Of a stretch of DNA of 64,000 nt, positions 28,611 to 63,785 are shown piece by piece. The notes beneath the pieces were generated by a model. That model was given only the letters and a program-made list of their open reading frames with translations, made no database searches and was not told where the DNA came from. The stretch is taken from assembly GCF_018977255.1 (NCBI RefSeq), contig NW_024704755.1, positions 62,001-126,000 on the forward strand. The letters run 5' to 3'. The first letter of the stretch is position 1, and each line of letters starts with the position of its first letter. Source of the DNA: Callorhinchus milii. Its lineage: Eukaryota. The translations under genes and the position numbers were made by a program.

Positions 28611-29491
28611 ATGGTGCAGATTGTGATATCAAGGTAAGATTTACAATAATTATACTGCTGACTGCTACCAGTCACTCAGAGATATTACCTGCTGGGTCAG
28701 CCACAACTGGGGGTGGAGGAGGAAACAGCATTTAATGTAACCAGACATTCATGACAGAACGTGTACATGATTCACTAAAATATCCCTCTGCAAACAGAAG
28801 AGACGATGGGGTTGTGGCAGAGTGGCTCCTGATGGAACTCCAAGGAGAGATAGAATCTCGGCACCACATTGGACTGGCTGGCAACCTCATGGGGGATCTG
28901 CACTACACAAGAGAGGTACCTCACTCGCCTCCCGTAATTCTCTGCTTCATTGCTAGTTCCAGTTCATCATCAAATAATTATTGCATTTGATACAGTGTCT
29001 GTACTGTCTAAATGCTTTAAGCGATTTAACATCAAATGTATTGACTGCATTTGTAGGTGAACAATGGGAAATTTCCATGTGTAACGAGTGTACATATGTG
29101 GAACTCTGTCTGGTTTGGGTACTCTTAAGCACGGTGATGGGTTCCTGCAGACACCTATCACTTTACTGCATGAATGAAATCATTTTGCTTTTATAGAAGA
29201 ATAAGGAAACTTTGTCCATGTGCTGATCAATTCTTTTTGTGCCAGGGAGTTCCAATCCTGATAATCGGCCACCACATCCTGTACGGTAAAGTCAGCCATC
29301 TAGAGAGACCATTTGCCGTGCTGGTCAAACATTCAACCTCAAAAGAAACATCTGAAAGCCGCCTGCAGGCTGAGATCCCGGGAGATGGAAATTCTGTGAC
29401 TAATTATCTGGTCACTGCTCTTATCAAGAAAAAGATAATTTTCAAAACTCGACCAAAACCCATCATTACCAATGTGCCCAAGAAGTTGTGA
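28611..29491 (+). CDS. CHTF8: Chromosome transmission fidelity factor 8 (Ctf18-RFC subunit), 3 coding exons, 128 aa
   Basis: Exons: 28611-28633 (MVQIVIS), 28798-28915 ([32 protein letters not shown]; CAGAAG NAGNAG acceptor), 29246-29491 ([16 protein letters not shown]...[19 protein letters not shown]). AATAAA at 29609 and 29620. Head-to-head with UTP4. Confidence 0.95.
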
Positions 29492-30243
29492 GTGTATGAA
29501 GCTAGGTACAGTTTGTGTCAGACATCTCCGGCTAAATGTGAATTTCAAAACTGCTCGTTTCATGCTAAGTGATTCCTGGACAGATTTACCAGTGGCTGGA
29601 ACATCAACAATAAAAGAACAATAAAACTTTTCGCTAACATTTTGCAATTTTAGAGTGAAAGGATATTTGTGCACGTCACATTGCCGATCTCAAGCCAGTG
29701 AGAGGTTGGCAGCAAATAGGGAGCCCGGGTCAAGGGGATCTGTACTCGGCAGAGAAATATTCAACCTCAAAGGAAGGTGGAACCTGCTTCCCTCATTGGC
29801 AGATTTGGTGTCGAGCTGCTGCCACATTCTCCAGCACCTTCTGCCCTGGAAGGTCTTCATACAGTTAATTACCACAAAACCTAGTGACTAGAGGGAAATT
29901 TTCAGCTAATCCATACCAACAACAGCTTGCACTGCATTCAGATCAAAGAACAAATGCTTTCTGCAGTTTAATGAGGGAGAAATATGGACACGTCACCAGG
30001 AGAAATTCCTACTAATCTCTTGATAAGTGTCTTGCAATCTGTTAATGTTCCCCAGAACCGGCAGAGAACCTCAGTCCAGGGACTCATTGAAAGACTGCGC
30101 CTCGGGCAAAGTTGTGTTCCGCCAGTTCTGTGCCGAGTCCTGAGACTCATCATGGTGTCGGCTTTATGTGGCCGGAAAATTTCAGGTCATGTTCAGGCGG
30201 ATCCGGCCTGATACCTTCCTGTACTGTTCTTTTTTCAAGGCTC

Positions 30244-30323
30244 CCTGACTGACTGACCCACTGACTAACACTGACTGACTGACCCATTGAGTAACACTGA
30301 CTGACTGACCCACTGACTGACTG
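30244..30323. repeat. Imperfect (CTGA)n microsatellite
   Basis: CTGACTGACTGACCCACTGACT... Confidence 0.8.
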
Positions 30324-31592
30324 GCCAGAATGCTCAACAGCAACAATTTGCATTTATATATCGCCGTTCACGTGGTTTAGCGTCCCGAAGCGCTTGCCGG
30401 GATTTCCTGCCTTTATTTCGGATTCTCCAAGATTGGAATACAAAGTTTCACCGCCTGAATATTACCAACCAGACTTTCACAAAAATCCAAGTCTTTAAAC
30501 CTTTAATTTGATTAAAAAAAGTTTTAAAATCTCAGGCGTTTGTAAAAATAAATCGAGCCGCAATGAGGGCGAGTAGTTACCAATCATTGAGAAGCTGCTT
30601 ACCCCAAACAAGGGGAAAGACCAAAGAATACAGTCTTTTCATTGAAAACCCTGCTGTAGTATTAAATACATAAATTCCCACAAATAGTTTTATAGAAAAA
30701 TAAAATAATTCGCATTTTAAAAAATGGATTGGTACGTAAACTGAATCCCAGGCTCTCTCACTACCTGCATTATCCAAACCTTTCATGGGATTGTCCCACA
30801 TGCAGGGCAGCTGTCACCTGGGATTAATTTAATCCAGGAATTCATCGTTGGTTGTGTAACAGAACTGGAACCACAAAGCATCAACACAAACACTCCCATC
30901 TCTCCCCTGGAACAGTAACACTCACATCCCCAGGCAGGAGTGTGAGGACAGGAAAGATAATCGTTCTGCCCCAAGTCATTGCCGAGTCTCAAGTCTTGTC
31001 CTTCGCTTGTATTTTTCAAACAGATTATTCCTGTTCAGTCAACATTAAATTAGAAAAATAATTAAGAAAAACTTAAAACTGAAAAGTTGTGCAGTGAGTT
31101 TTGGACTATAACAATTGGCTTTGTGGTGACCACTGATGGGTGTGAAAGGAAGAGAGGAATGAGTAACAAATGAGGAGCAGAGTGTACAGGTAGGAGAGTG
31201 AGACTGGAGGCCATTGTGTAGTCAGGAAGGAAAGACGAGGGTCTTGGGGAAACGTTGGCAAACTACTGAGCCACGTGTGGTTCCTGAAGGGACTGTGTGG
31301 CTCACACTTGTACATGAGCTACACATGTGGCTCAGTACAAATCTGGGTTTGACAAGGCTGTTTCAGGTGCAGGAAGTTAGTGACGCCTGACAGAATATTT
31401 ACAGAGTCTGGTTAGGTAAAGAATATTGGCTGCAAAATTTTGGAGTGAGCTGGAACTGGAGGGAGATAACTGGAGAAACGTGTCCTTGAAGTGACCAGGG
31501 AATGAATAAGGATTAAGGGGGATATGAGATCCTGGCATAATAATTATAAGAAGAATAAGAAGAATTCCTGCAGTTCATATAGTAATAGTTGT

Positions 31593-31909
31593 GGAGTCCT
31601 GTAGCTCAGTGGTTAGAGCACTTGCCTTGCAAGCGACAGACCTGGGTTCAATTCCAGGCAGGGTGAAACCTTGGGTAAGTTTCCTTACTCCACACGACTA
31701 ATAATAATCCCGCCAAAAAAAAATATAATAAAAAATTGGGCATTTTCAATCCAAGACTGTTTATGGGATGCTGCTGTGCGCAATTGGCTGCCGCGTTTCG
31801 CCCACAAATATACGGTCAATTCACTTTACAGCACATTCTGTGAAGCTCTTTGAGACGTCTAGAAGATGTGAAAGCGCTATATTAAATGCAAGGATTATAT
31901 TATTATTAT
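31593..31909 (+). mobile_element. tRNA-Ala(TGC)-derived SINE, full length
   Basis: Same head and tail as 11661-11985; no acceptor stem, so not a tRNA gene. Confidence 0.85.
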
Positions 31910-32368
31910 CCCAATTAAACCTGCCTCAACATCCTTCTGAGTTAGTGTATTCCACATCTCTCTATGTGAAGAAATTGTTTCTTGCTTCTAACCACTATGT
32001 CCCCTCCAACAGCAGGAAGAATTGTTTCCTATCTATCTTGCCAGTTCCCTTTATTATTTTAAACATTTCATTCACATTATCCTCAACATCATCTTTGGAA
32101 ATATATCCCGTGCCTCCAGACTTTCATGGTTGCTAAACACATTAATCAATGGTGTTAATTTGTTGCCTCATCGATGAATGCTCTCCACTGCTATATCCCA
32201 AGATTGTGAGCTCAAAAATCCCCATTATCCTCCAAATGTGAAAGTCCCTGTGCCAGAAGTCCTGTGACACGGTGGAAAGTGCTTGTCTTTCAGTTATTAC
32301 CTTGAGCTTCAGGAACAACTGAACCCTGTAGCACTGCTCCCATGATGACCTTATTCTGGAGCAGGGAC

Positions 32369-35300
32369 TCAGGCCTCCATCAAAACCAGGTCCTCATGCT
32401 CCGGTTTTTCATTGCGGCGCCGAGCCATGATGGCGAGGTAGAGAGAGAGAAGGAGGAGCCAGTAACAAGCATAGATTATGGCCCCGATAATGAGGAAGGT
32501 CCGCTCAGTCTCCTTGAAGGGCACCTGTGCCTCACAGTAAATGGTGTAGCTGAGTCCTCCTGCTAGGACCGAGAACCAGACAGACACTGGCACCAGCCCA
32601 ATGAGATTGACCACAATCCGCCGGCGCCCTGAGGTGCCCCACCCGGCCTGGTTGATAGTAAAAAGGGCGAAGATTTTGGCAGGGAGGAGGCTGGACATAT
32701 ACAGGACAGAGTAGAGTGACATGAAGACCATAACAATGCTGCCACGCAATAAGCAGGCGTATGTGGCCTTGATCATCCCCACTGTCTGAACTGTGAGCAG
32801 GAAAAGCAGGATGTTCCAGAGGCGCCCACTGTAGAACAGCTGAATTACTGTCGTGATAAGGAAAAAGGGGAAGAAGCCAGTCACAATAGATTCATAGGTC
32901 ATCCACAGATGATGCTTGTGGAGCCAGAGAGCATTGTACAGCCACTCGCGAAAGTAGGACTTACTCCAGCGTGTCTGCTGGTTTAGCCACCGCAGGTATG
33001 TGCTGGGGGTCTCTGTCAGGCATTTGGAGCGGGCAGTGTACTTGGTTTTATAGCCTAGACTCAGCACTCGGTTAGTCAGGTGCCTATCATCCCCAAAGCT
33101 ACACTTGGATCCCAGGAACTGCTGGTTATACCAGTCCTCGAGGAAGAGGCGAAGCAGTGAATTGCGGTACATGCCTAATGGGCCGCTGATGCATTGAACA
33201 CAGCCAAAGTAGGACTGACACGCCCGCTCCACATTAAACGCCATCCAGTAGCGTACACTACTCAGGAAGGAGATCCACGAATCATATTTATTCAGTATCT
33301 GTTGGATAAAAACAGAATTTTAATTATAAGTAACAATTAGCCTTGCATTTGATGCAGTATCAAAATGACTCAAAATGCTTCACAAATAATTGCTCATGTA
33401 TTTTCTTTCATCAACCAGGTGCTTGACATATGGAAAAACAGGACCATGCTGAAGAATTTCCAAACTATTGTAAAACTACAGTTTTCATGTGTCTGGTATG
33501 GAGTCAACAGCAATAACTTGTATTTATTTTGTGCACTGCATGCAGGATAGTGTGTGTCAGAGGGTGCACTCTCCCCCCGGAGGGACATAATCTGCTCATC
33601 TAATCCCGGAAAGTCTATAATAATAATAATCCTTGCATTTGATATAGCACTCTTCATGCCTCAAAGCGCTTCACAGAAGACTGTAAAGTGAATTGACTGT
33701 ATATTTTGTGTGCGAAACGCAGTAGCCAATTGCGCACAGCAGCGTCCCACAAACAGTACTGCCTCTGAGACCATCACAAAAGATCAATCGGATCCTGATC
33801 TTCTATTGCCAAATGTGTCATTTGAAGCCATCTCAATCCAGAAAAGACCCTTCAGCACCCCCACCCCCCCACCACCACCACACACCCAGGGACAAAGAGA
33901 CGTTTTCCTCCAACTGTTACATTTGTAAATGATTGTTCTCACCTGTACATCTCCACCCACTGCTCCCACCTTGGGATCTTCCTCCAGGATTCTCACCATT
34001 TCTATGGTGCAGGCAGGATCCAGCACAGTGTCCGAATCACATACCTGAGGAAGAGAACATTTACACTTTCAGCTTGCAACCCAACACTGGAATGACACAT
34101 TCTGTCCATAGGCGACCTGACCATGCTATAGGCCACCTGAGCCGCATGATATAATATAATTGTAGATTTAACATTAATACACAGAGGGTTTCCATGTCAA
34201 CAACAACAACAACTTGCATTTATGAGCCGCACTTCACGCGGGGTAGCGCTTATTAAATGGCATTTTAAAGGTGAAATGATTGCGGGAGGGTGAGGGAGGA
34301 AGGTGCCGTGACAGAATCAGACCTGGTGTATTTGATACAGTTTATCATCACTTTAAACTTCTCAAAAACCTTCCAGAGATTTTCTGTAAAATGCGCACTT
34401 TGGGACAGAGATCAGTGGGTCCCACAAACCGGAGATTTGCTCTCAGGTTTCCAGTGCCAGTGCGTGGATCACGCTGTAAGTGTGTGAGCACCTTCTCTGA
34501 TCTCGCCCGTTAAACTCAGGTTAAAAGGGGGAAAACACTCGCCTAAAAAACTTTTTTTTTAAAAAAAACTTCTCATTCGAGAGAGAATCGCCGCATGAAA
34601 GAGATCTCTCCCCCGCTGTTTGTTTCCAGATTGTGAATAAAGTGGATTTAGAACTGGCAGAGGAGACACTGCTTAGCGCCCAATGAGGCGCTCATTTCCC
34701 TCAAACAATTTACACTTAACACAGACCATACAGTGTCAAGAAAACAAAAACAGAAGCCGCTGGGAACACTCAGCAGGTCAGGCAGCATCTATGGAGAAAG
34801 GAAAGTGAGTTTGGTGCGAGTTTCACAACCGAATCGTCTTTCAAATAAAAGATGTGAGTTACGAAAATCCAGAGAAATTCACAATAATGTATCAGAACCG
34901 CGAATTGCGTGTGTGTCTGTGAGATGAGAGTGAGAGACAGACACACAGACAGGCAGTGATTCAGCTACACTGGGCGGGATTTCTGCAGTAACTGTTTGAT
35001 CTCCATTCATTGTATTTCTGTTACATTACGATGTCAGATGATATTTCCGTTCCCAGTAACTAAAGTTATTCTTCCAGAAACTCTCACAATAAGAGGTTTA
35101 ACACAGATCATGTCCCTAAACCCTAACCTCCACCCACACCTCCTTACCTGTATATAGTCCACGCTGTCTCCCAGAGCGCTGAAGGCTGTGAACATGACCT
35201 CTCTCTTGCCTCCCCACTTCTGCATGATGCAGGAGAACTTGTTCTGGGTCACGATCTGCTCCACCCGCTTCTTGTTCTCAGTCAGGGTAAAGTCTGTGTC

Positions 35301-35771
35301 CCCGGGGTCTCTGTCGTGATAATTACTGCTCCAGACATAGGAGCCAGTGTTGTCCTGGCCCAGCACCTGGTTAAAGATCTCCATCATGTACATGTCCTCC
35401 TCGCTGTTGCCATCTATCACCATTACCACCTTCAGGTTGGGGTAGGACAGCCTCTTGACCGACATCAGACACTTGCTCAGATACTCGGGATCCTCCTGAA
35501 ACGCCGCGATACACAGGGCTGTGGACCTGCTGCACTTGCTGAGCCGCCCCCGAGCCCTCATCCTGCGTTGCTCCAGATAGGCGAAGAGGCTCTGGATACA
35601 GAGGTGCAGAGCGAGAATCGCCCCATAAACCCCGAAAGACAGGTGATAATTCTCCGTGGAGCCAAATTGATATCCTTTCACATAGGCGAGGGTGATGGCT
35701 CCCAATACCGCCAGAGCGAACAGGCTGGTTCCCAGCAGCCGCAGCACAGAGGTGACTTTCTCACAGGACAT
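32369..35771 (-). CDS. HAS3: Hyaluronan synthase 3 (GT2 family), 3 coding exons, about 551 aa
   Basis: Exons: 35148-35771 (ATG directly after acceptor; [21 protein letters not shown]), 33943-34044 ([10 protein letters not shown]), 32369-33298 ([14 protein letters not shown] motif). Probable non-coding exon 1 donor at 36316-36317. Lies between TANGO6 and CHTF8 as in human. Confidence 0.95.
34741..34845 (-). mobile_element. Penelope-like element terminal-repeat remnant
   Basis: GCTGGGAACACTCAGCAGGTCAGGCAGCATCTATGGAG resembles, from memory, a common chondrichthyan Penelope end. Confidence 0.45.
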
Positions 35772-36315
35772 CTGCAACCAGGGAGATGGTCAGCACATCA
35801 CAGGCAGCGGGAACAGAGAGGCATAGAGACGCACACACATAACCGTGAGACACACACAACAGGGAGACACACAAAAGATATACACAAACAACAGACATAG
35901 AACACACACCGGCGGTAAACTGCGATTGTTCAGCGGTTGAATAGATGGGGAGGAACATGGGTCAGATCCAGTGGAGAGTGAGAGAGAAATCCAACAACTG
36001 TCTGCTCTCGCTATAAATGACTATGCGCGTCTGTCTTTGTCTGCGTCTCTCATTCTCTACCGTGTGTGTTTATCGGTCTCGGTTTCCCGGTGGCAGGTTT
36101 GAAAGGGAATGAATTGCTATTTCTATTGAATCTTAGTTTCTTTCTCATTGAAGAAACTCAGGTCTGGAACTACGAGAATCAGCAAAAGGATAAAGAGCCG
36201 CAGTGATGGGATCCATCAGCCTGACCAGCCCCAATGAGTGCAGTTGGTCAGACTCTCACCTCTGATGTAATGTCTCCCCCAGTTTCTCACCTCTTCCCGA
36301 GCAGCGCTAACACTC

Positions 36316-36370
36316 ACCTCGGCACCTGGGCTCGGCTCCCGGAGTCTGTATCTGCGGCTGTTATAGTAGC
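36316..36370 (-). promoter_or_regulatory. Probable HAS3 core promoter and non-coding first exon
   Basis: Minus-strand CTATAA near 36361-36366, followed about 45 nt later by a consensus GAG|GTGAGT donor. Confidence 0.45.
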
Positions 36371-37887
36371 TGTGAGATGTTCCTCCCCTCCGCACGGAGC
36401 CCCTCCCCACCCACAGCCAACGACGACTTGATTTACACAGCGCCCCTCACGTAGGGCAGTGCCTCAGAGCACTTAACAGTGACGGAGCACGACGCCAAGT
36501 CAGGGGGAGGTGACCGTAAGCACCGTCGAAGAGGACGGTCTTCAGCCACGACTCGAAGATGGGGAAGGCGGAGGATTTGGGGAAAGTGTTCCAGAGATTC
36601 GGGGCGTAGTGGCTGAAGGACGAGGGATAAGCAGGATGCTGGAGCCAGCCGAATGGAGGCAGCCAACAGTGGTTGTGCCAGGGGGTGAAGGCAATTGTAG
36701 AGAGTCAGCGACTCAGACCCCCTACCCGCCAGAAAGCCAGCCCCCCAGAAGCACAAACCCCACACAGAGAGCCATTCCCCCAACATAGCCTTCCTCACAG
36801 AGAGCCAGTCCCCACCCCCAGAGGTTGGGGATTGAGATGGTGTTACGAGTGATACGTCCCAAGTCACTGGACAGGCTGGGATTTTGATCCGAGCTGGGGG
36901 TCGGGATTGGGGAGGGCGGAGAGGGTACCCGAAGGCTTGGTTGAAGAGGAGGTGCGTCTTAAAGGAGGCAAGGGAGCGAGCGAGGTGAAGGGAATAGAGC
37001 TCTAAAGGATGGGGGCAGAAACACTGAGGACCCGACCGTTGATGATGGGCGGACTGGACGCGGGACGTGAAGCAGGCCAGAGCCTGCTGAGTGGAGGGAG
37101 CGGACAGATTGATATAACGCTTTGAGGCTTCCTCCCAATATGAAAGGCACAAAATCAATATCAAATGCAAGTTATTATATTACTGTTTTGCTGTGTTAAA
37201 ACTATTTAATTCATTTGCTGGTCAGGGACAAGGAATGAGACCAGCACAAATACTGCTGCACGGTACAGTCAGCAGAGCTTGCTGCTGCTGGTCGCTCTAC
37301 TCCACCCTCTGGAGGTCAGGCTTGGCTGCCACACTCACACCATGGCCATTTAGGCAGTGCCTCAGTCCATACACTGACCGACTCAACCCCCCATTACTGC
37401 TCAAGCCAGACAATTCAGTATTTGTGTGAAGCATTGTGAGACAGACATCCTCTCGTCAGGAAATACATAATGGAAAGTGAATTGTTACACAAACCTGAAC
37501 TCATTCTTGCTTCCGCTTAAAGCTATTTGAGAGACCTGGTAACATTGTGATCTGGACCCTCACTTAGAACAGCAGCGATTCTTCATCCGGTCAGGGTACC
37601 CCTACACCCCCCACCGCCCCTCGGGTAAAAATGTAAACAAGTCATTGAATCATAACAAGTGAGCGAGCGAGTCACAGAAAACATTCATTGTATTTACTAA
37701 AATATCTTTTTATGAAAAATAATTTTTTGTTGACTTGATGCCTCCAACCCAGAGAGGGTGAGAACCACATTTTTCTCCCCCAATTGTCACCTCCCTCGTT
37801 CCCCCCTCTCGAGCCCCCCTCAGCCCCCACCCTTGGTAACTCTATCCCGCAAACACTCTCATTAATACCCCTCCAGGAATTTTTAAA

Positions 37888-51956
<14,069 letters not shown>

Positions 51957-52050
51957 CATCCGCGTCACTGCGCTGCGCCACCGCCCGACGCGCATTTAAC
52001 ACGTTGTGGATTGTGATTCACGCAGCTCCAAAAGCACGTGAGCCCTAGTA

Positions 52051-52537
52051 GGCGGGGCTGTGAGCTGGGGGCGGGGCTGTGAGCTGGGGGCGGGGCTGTG
52101 AGCTGGGGGCGGGGCTGTGAGCTGGGGGCGGGGCTGTGAGCTGGGGGCGGGGCTGTGAGCTGGGGGCGGGGCTGTGAGCTGGGGGCGGGGCTGTGAGCTG
52201 GGGGCGGGGCTGTGAGCTGGGGGCGGGGCTGTGAGCTGGGGGCGGGGCTGTGAGCTGGGGGCGGGGCTGTGAGCTGGGGGCGGGGCTGTGAGCTGGGGGC
52301 GGGGCTGTGAGCTGGGGGCGGGCTGTGAGCTGGGGGCGGGGCTGTGAGCTGGGGGCGGGGCTGTGAGCTGGGGCGGGGCTGTGAGCTGGGGGCGGGGCTG
52401 TGAGCTGGGGGCGGGGCTGTGAGCTGGGGGCGGGGCTGTGAGCTGGGGGCGGGGCTGTGAGCTGGGGGCGGGGCTGTGAGCTGGGGGCGGGGCTGTGAGC
52501 TGGGGGCGGGGCTGTGAGCTGGGGGCGGGGCTGGGGC
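52051..52537. repeat. 19-bp minisatellite of GC boxes upstream of TANGO6
   Basis: About 25 copies of GCGGGGCTGTGAGCTGGGG, each junction forming GGGGCGGGGC. Confidence 0.9.
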
Positions 52538-53297
52538 GAGGGAGGAACCACAGACCAGGGAACAATTTCCCAAAGTTAGTTTAATGGCGGCTCAGATCCC
52601 AAACCTTAAATAATTATCTGCACAAACACATTAACACTAAATTTCCTTTCAACATAAAATTTCTTTTATAAAGTTTCTTTTAACATAAATATAAAAATCT
52701 TTCAAACAGAATGGCTCAATAACTGAACTTAAATAAGTTTATTCCTGACAATAACGCCTCACTCACTCATCCGTCTGTCTGTGTTAGTAAAGCCACACAA
52801 AGGTGCTCGTGTGCAGAGGTGTGCCTTATCAATATAAAAGTCACACCTTCCTGTCCTGCCTTCGTTTCTAACAAATAAGCTAAACATGTTCAATGGTCAA
52901 TAGTTTGTAGCAAAAGTAAGTCATTTGCAGAGCCTCGCAATCTCTTGTAAACAAAGTTCTCAGAGCTTCAGACGGTTAGTGTGATTGTTGTGTGGGTCTG
53001 ACACTCGAGTCCTGGGAGGCTGCAAGCACGCGGGAATCACTGCTCAGCCTAGGCACATGTTGCTGAAATCAAGTTCCTTAAAATCATTACAGCAACATCC
53101 TGCGGGTTAGAAGCTTTTACTATGTCGGGGGGAGGGGGGGGGGCGAAGAGTTGCTGTGGCAGCTCAATGTGCCACTCTTTTCCCAAAGTGCATGCTTTAG
53201 TGAATTGGGGAATGGCAGCTTCCTGTAAGTGGGATAGTTCACTCTGTGGCCAGTGCTTGCTGGAGCTCAGCCTCGCTCAGTAACAGTCTGACGTCGG

Positions 53298-60737
<7,440 letters not shown>

Positions 60738-60749
60738 CAGCCGCCGCAC

Positions 60750-60790
60750 TGCGCCTGCGCACACTCACACACGTGATACATACGTGACGC
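60750..60790. promoter_or_regulatory. FBXO31 proximal promoter motifs
   Basis: TGCGCCTGCGCA (NRF1-type) 60750-60761, CACGTG E-box 60770-60775, TGACG half-site about 60785. Confidence 0.55.
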
Positions 60791-63785
60791 CCCCACACAC
60801 AGTGTCACACACACACACTGACCCCCACACACACACACTGACCCCCACACACACACACTGTGACCCCCTCCACACACACACACACTGTGACCCCCTCCAC
60901 ACACACACACACTGACCCCCACACACACACACTGACCCCCTCCCACACACACACTGACCCCCACACACACACACTGACCCCCTCCCACACACACACTGAC
61001 CCCCACACACACACACTGACCCCCCCACACACACACTGTGACCCCCTCCACACACACACACACTGACCCCCACACACAGTGTCACACACACACTGACCCC
61101 CTCCACACACACTGACCCCCACACACACACACACACTGACCCCCTCCACACACACACACACTGACCCCCTCCCACACACACACACTGACCCCCTTCACAC
61201 ACACACACACTGACCCCCACACACACACACACTGACCCCCACCCACACACACACTGACCCCCACACACACACACTGACCCCCACACACACACACTGTGAC
61301 CCCCTCCACACACACACACACTGACCCCCACACACAGTGTCACACACACACTGACCCCCTCCACACACACTGACCCCCACACACACACACACACTGACCC
61401 CCTCCACACACACACACTGACCCCCTCCCACACACACACACTGACCCCCTTCACACACACACACACTGACCCCCCCACACACACACACACTGACCCCCTC
61501 ACACACACACACACTGACCCCCCCACACACACACACACTGACCCCCACACACACACACTGACCCCCTCCACACACACACACCACTGCCCCTCCACACACA
61601 CACCACTGACCCTCCACACACACACACACTGACCCACACACACACTGACCCCCACACACACACACTGACCCCTCCCACACACACACTGACCCCCACACAC
61701 ACACACTGACCCCCTCCCACACACACACTGACCCCCCCCCCCCACACACACTGACCCCTCCCACACACACACTGACCCCCCCCCCCACACACACTGACCC
61801 CCCCACACACACACACTGACCCCCTTCACACACACACACACTGTGACCCCTCCCACACACACACTGACCCCCACACACACTGACTCCCCCCCACACACAC
61901 ACTGACCCCCCCCCCACACACTGACCCCTCCCACACACACACTGACCCCCCCCCACACACTCTGACCCCCCCACACACACACACTGACCCCCTTCACACA
62001 CACACACTGTGACCCCCTCCACACACACACTGACCCCCCCACACACACACACTGACCCCCCTCCCACACACACACTGACCCCCCCACACACACTGACCCC
62101 CCCGCCACACACACTGACCCCCTCCCACACACACTGACCCCCCCACACACACACTGACCCCCTCCCCACACACCCTGACCCCCTCACACACCCTAACCCC
62201 CTCACACACCCTGACCCCCTCACACACCCTGACCCCCTCACACACACACTGACCCCCCCCCACACACACTAACCCCCTCCCACACACCCTGACCCCCCCA
62301 CACACACACACTGACCCCCTCCCACACACACTGACCCCCCCCCACACACACACAGACCCCCCACACACACCCTGACCCCCTCCCACACACACTGACCACC
62401 CCACACACACACTGACCCCACCCCACACACACTGACCCCCTCCCACACACACTGACCCCCCCCACACACACTGCCCCCCCCTCCCACACACACACACACA
62501 CACTGCCCCCCTCCCACACACACACTGACCCCCCCACACACACACACACATTGACCCCCCCCCACACACACACTGACCCCCGCACACAGTGTCACACGCT
62601 GACACTGACCCTCACACACACACACACTGACCCCCACACACACAGTCTCACACGCTGACACTGACCCCCCCCACACACACAGTGTCACACGCTGACAATG
62701 ACCTCCTCACACACACACTGACCCCCCCACACACACACACTGACCCCCACACACACACTGAACCCCCCCACACACACACTGACCGCCCCCCACACACACA
62801 CTGACCGCCCCCCACACACACACACTGACCCCCCCCACACACACACACTGACCCCCCCTACACACACACTGACCCTCACACACACACACACACTGACCCC
62901 CCCCACACACGGTGTCACACGCTGACACGGACCTTCACACACACACACTGACCCCCCCACACACACAGTGTCACACGCTGACACTGACCCCCCCACACAC
63001 TCACTGATCCCCCCCACACACTCACTGACCCCCCCCACACACACACTGACCCCCACACACACCCTGACTCCCCCACACACTCACTGACCCCCACACACAC
63101 ACTGACCCCCCCCACACACTCACTGATCCCCCCCCACACACACACTGACCCCCACACACACCCTGACTCCCCCACACACTCACTGACCCCCCCACACACA
63201 CACTGACCCCCCCACACACTCACTGACCCCCCCACACACACTGACCCCCCCCACACACACACTGATCCCCCCCCACACACACACTGATCCCCCCCCACAC
63301 ACACCCTGACCCCCCACACACACCCTGACCCCCCACACACACCCCGACTCCCCCACACACTCACTGACCCTCCCCCCACACACACACTGACCCTCCCCAC
63401 ACACACACTGACCCCCACACACACCTCGACTCCCCCACACACTCACTGACCCCCCACACACACACTGACCCCCCACACACTCACTGACCCCCCCACACTC
63501 ACTGACCCCCCCACACACACTCACTGATCCCCCCCCACACACTCACTGATCCCCCCCCACACACACCCTGACCCCCCACACACACCCTGACCCCCCACAC
63601 ACACCTCGACTCCCCCACACACTCACTGACCCCCCCCACACACACCCTGACCCCCCACACACACACTCACTGATCCCCCACCCACACACTCACTGACCCT
63701 CCCCCCCATATACACTGACCCTTTGCCCCCCACACACACACAGACCTTCACACACATACACACAGTGACACACACACTGACCCTC
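60790..63785. repeat. 3-kb (CA)n-CTGACCCC compound satellite upstream of FBXO31
   Basis: Well over 100 CACACACTGACCCCC-like units with higher-order blocks. Confidence 0.9.

Noticed and set aside
31593-31670. tRNA-Ala-like sequence (also at 11910-11985 and 48225-48299)
   Set aside because: No acceptor stem and joined to a common SINE body and tail in all three copies.
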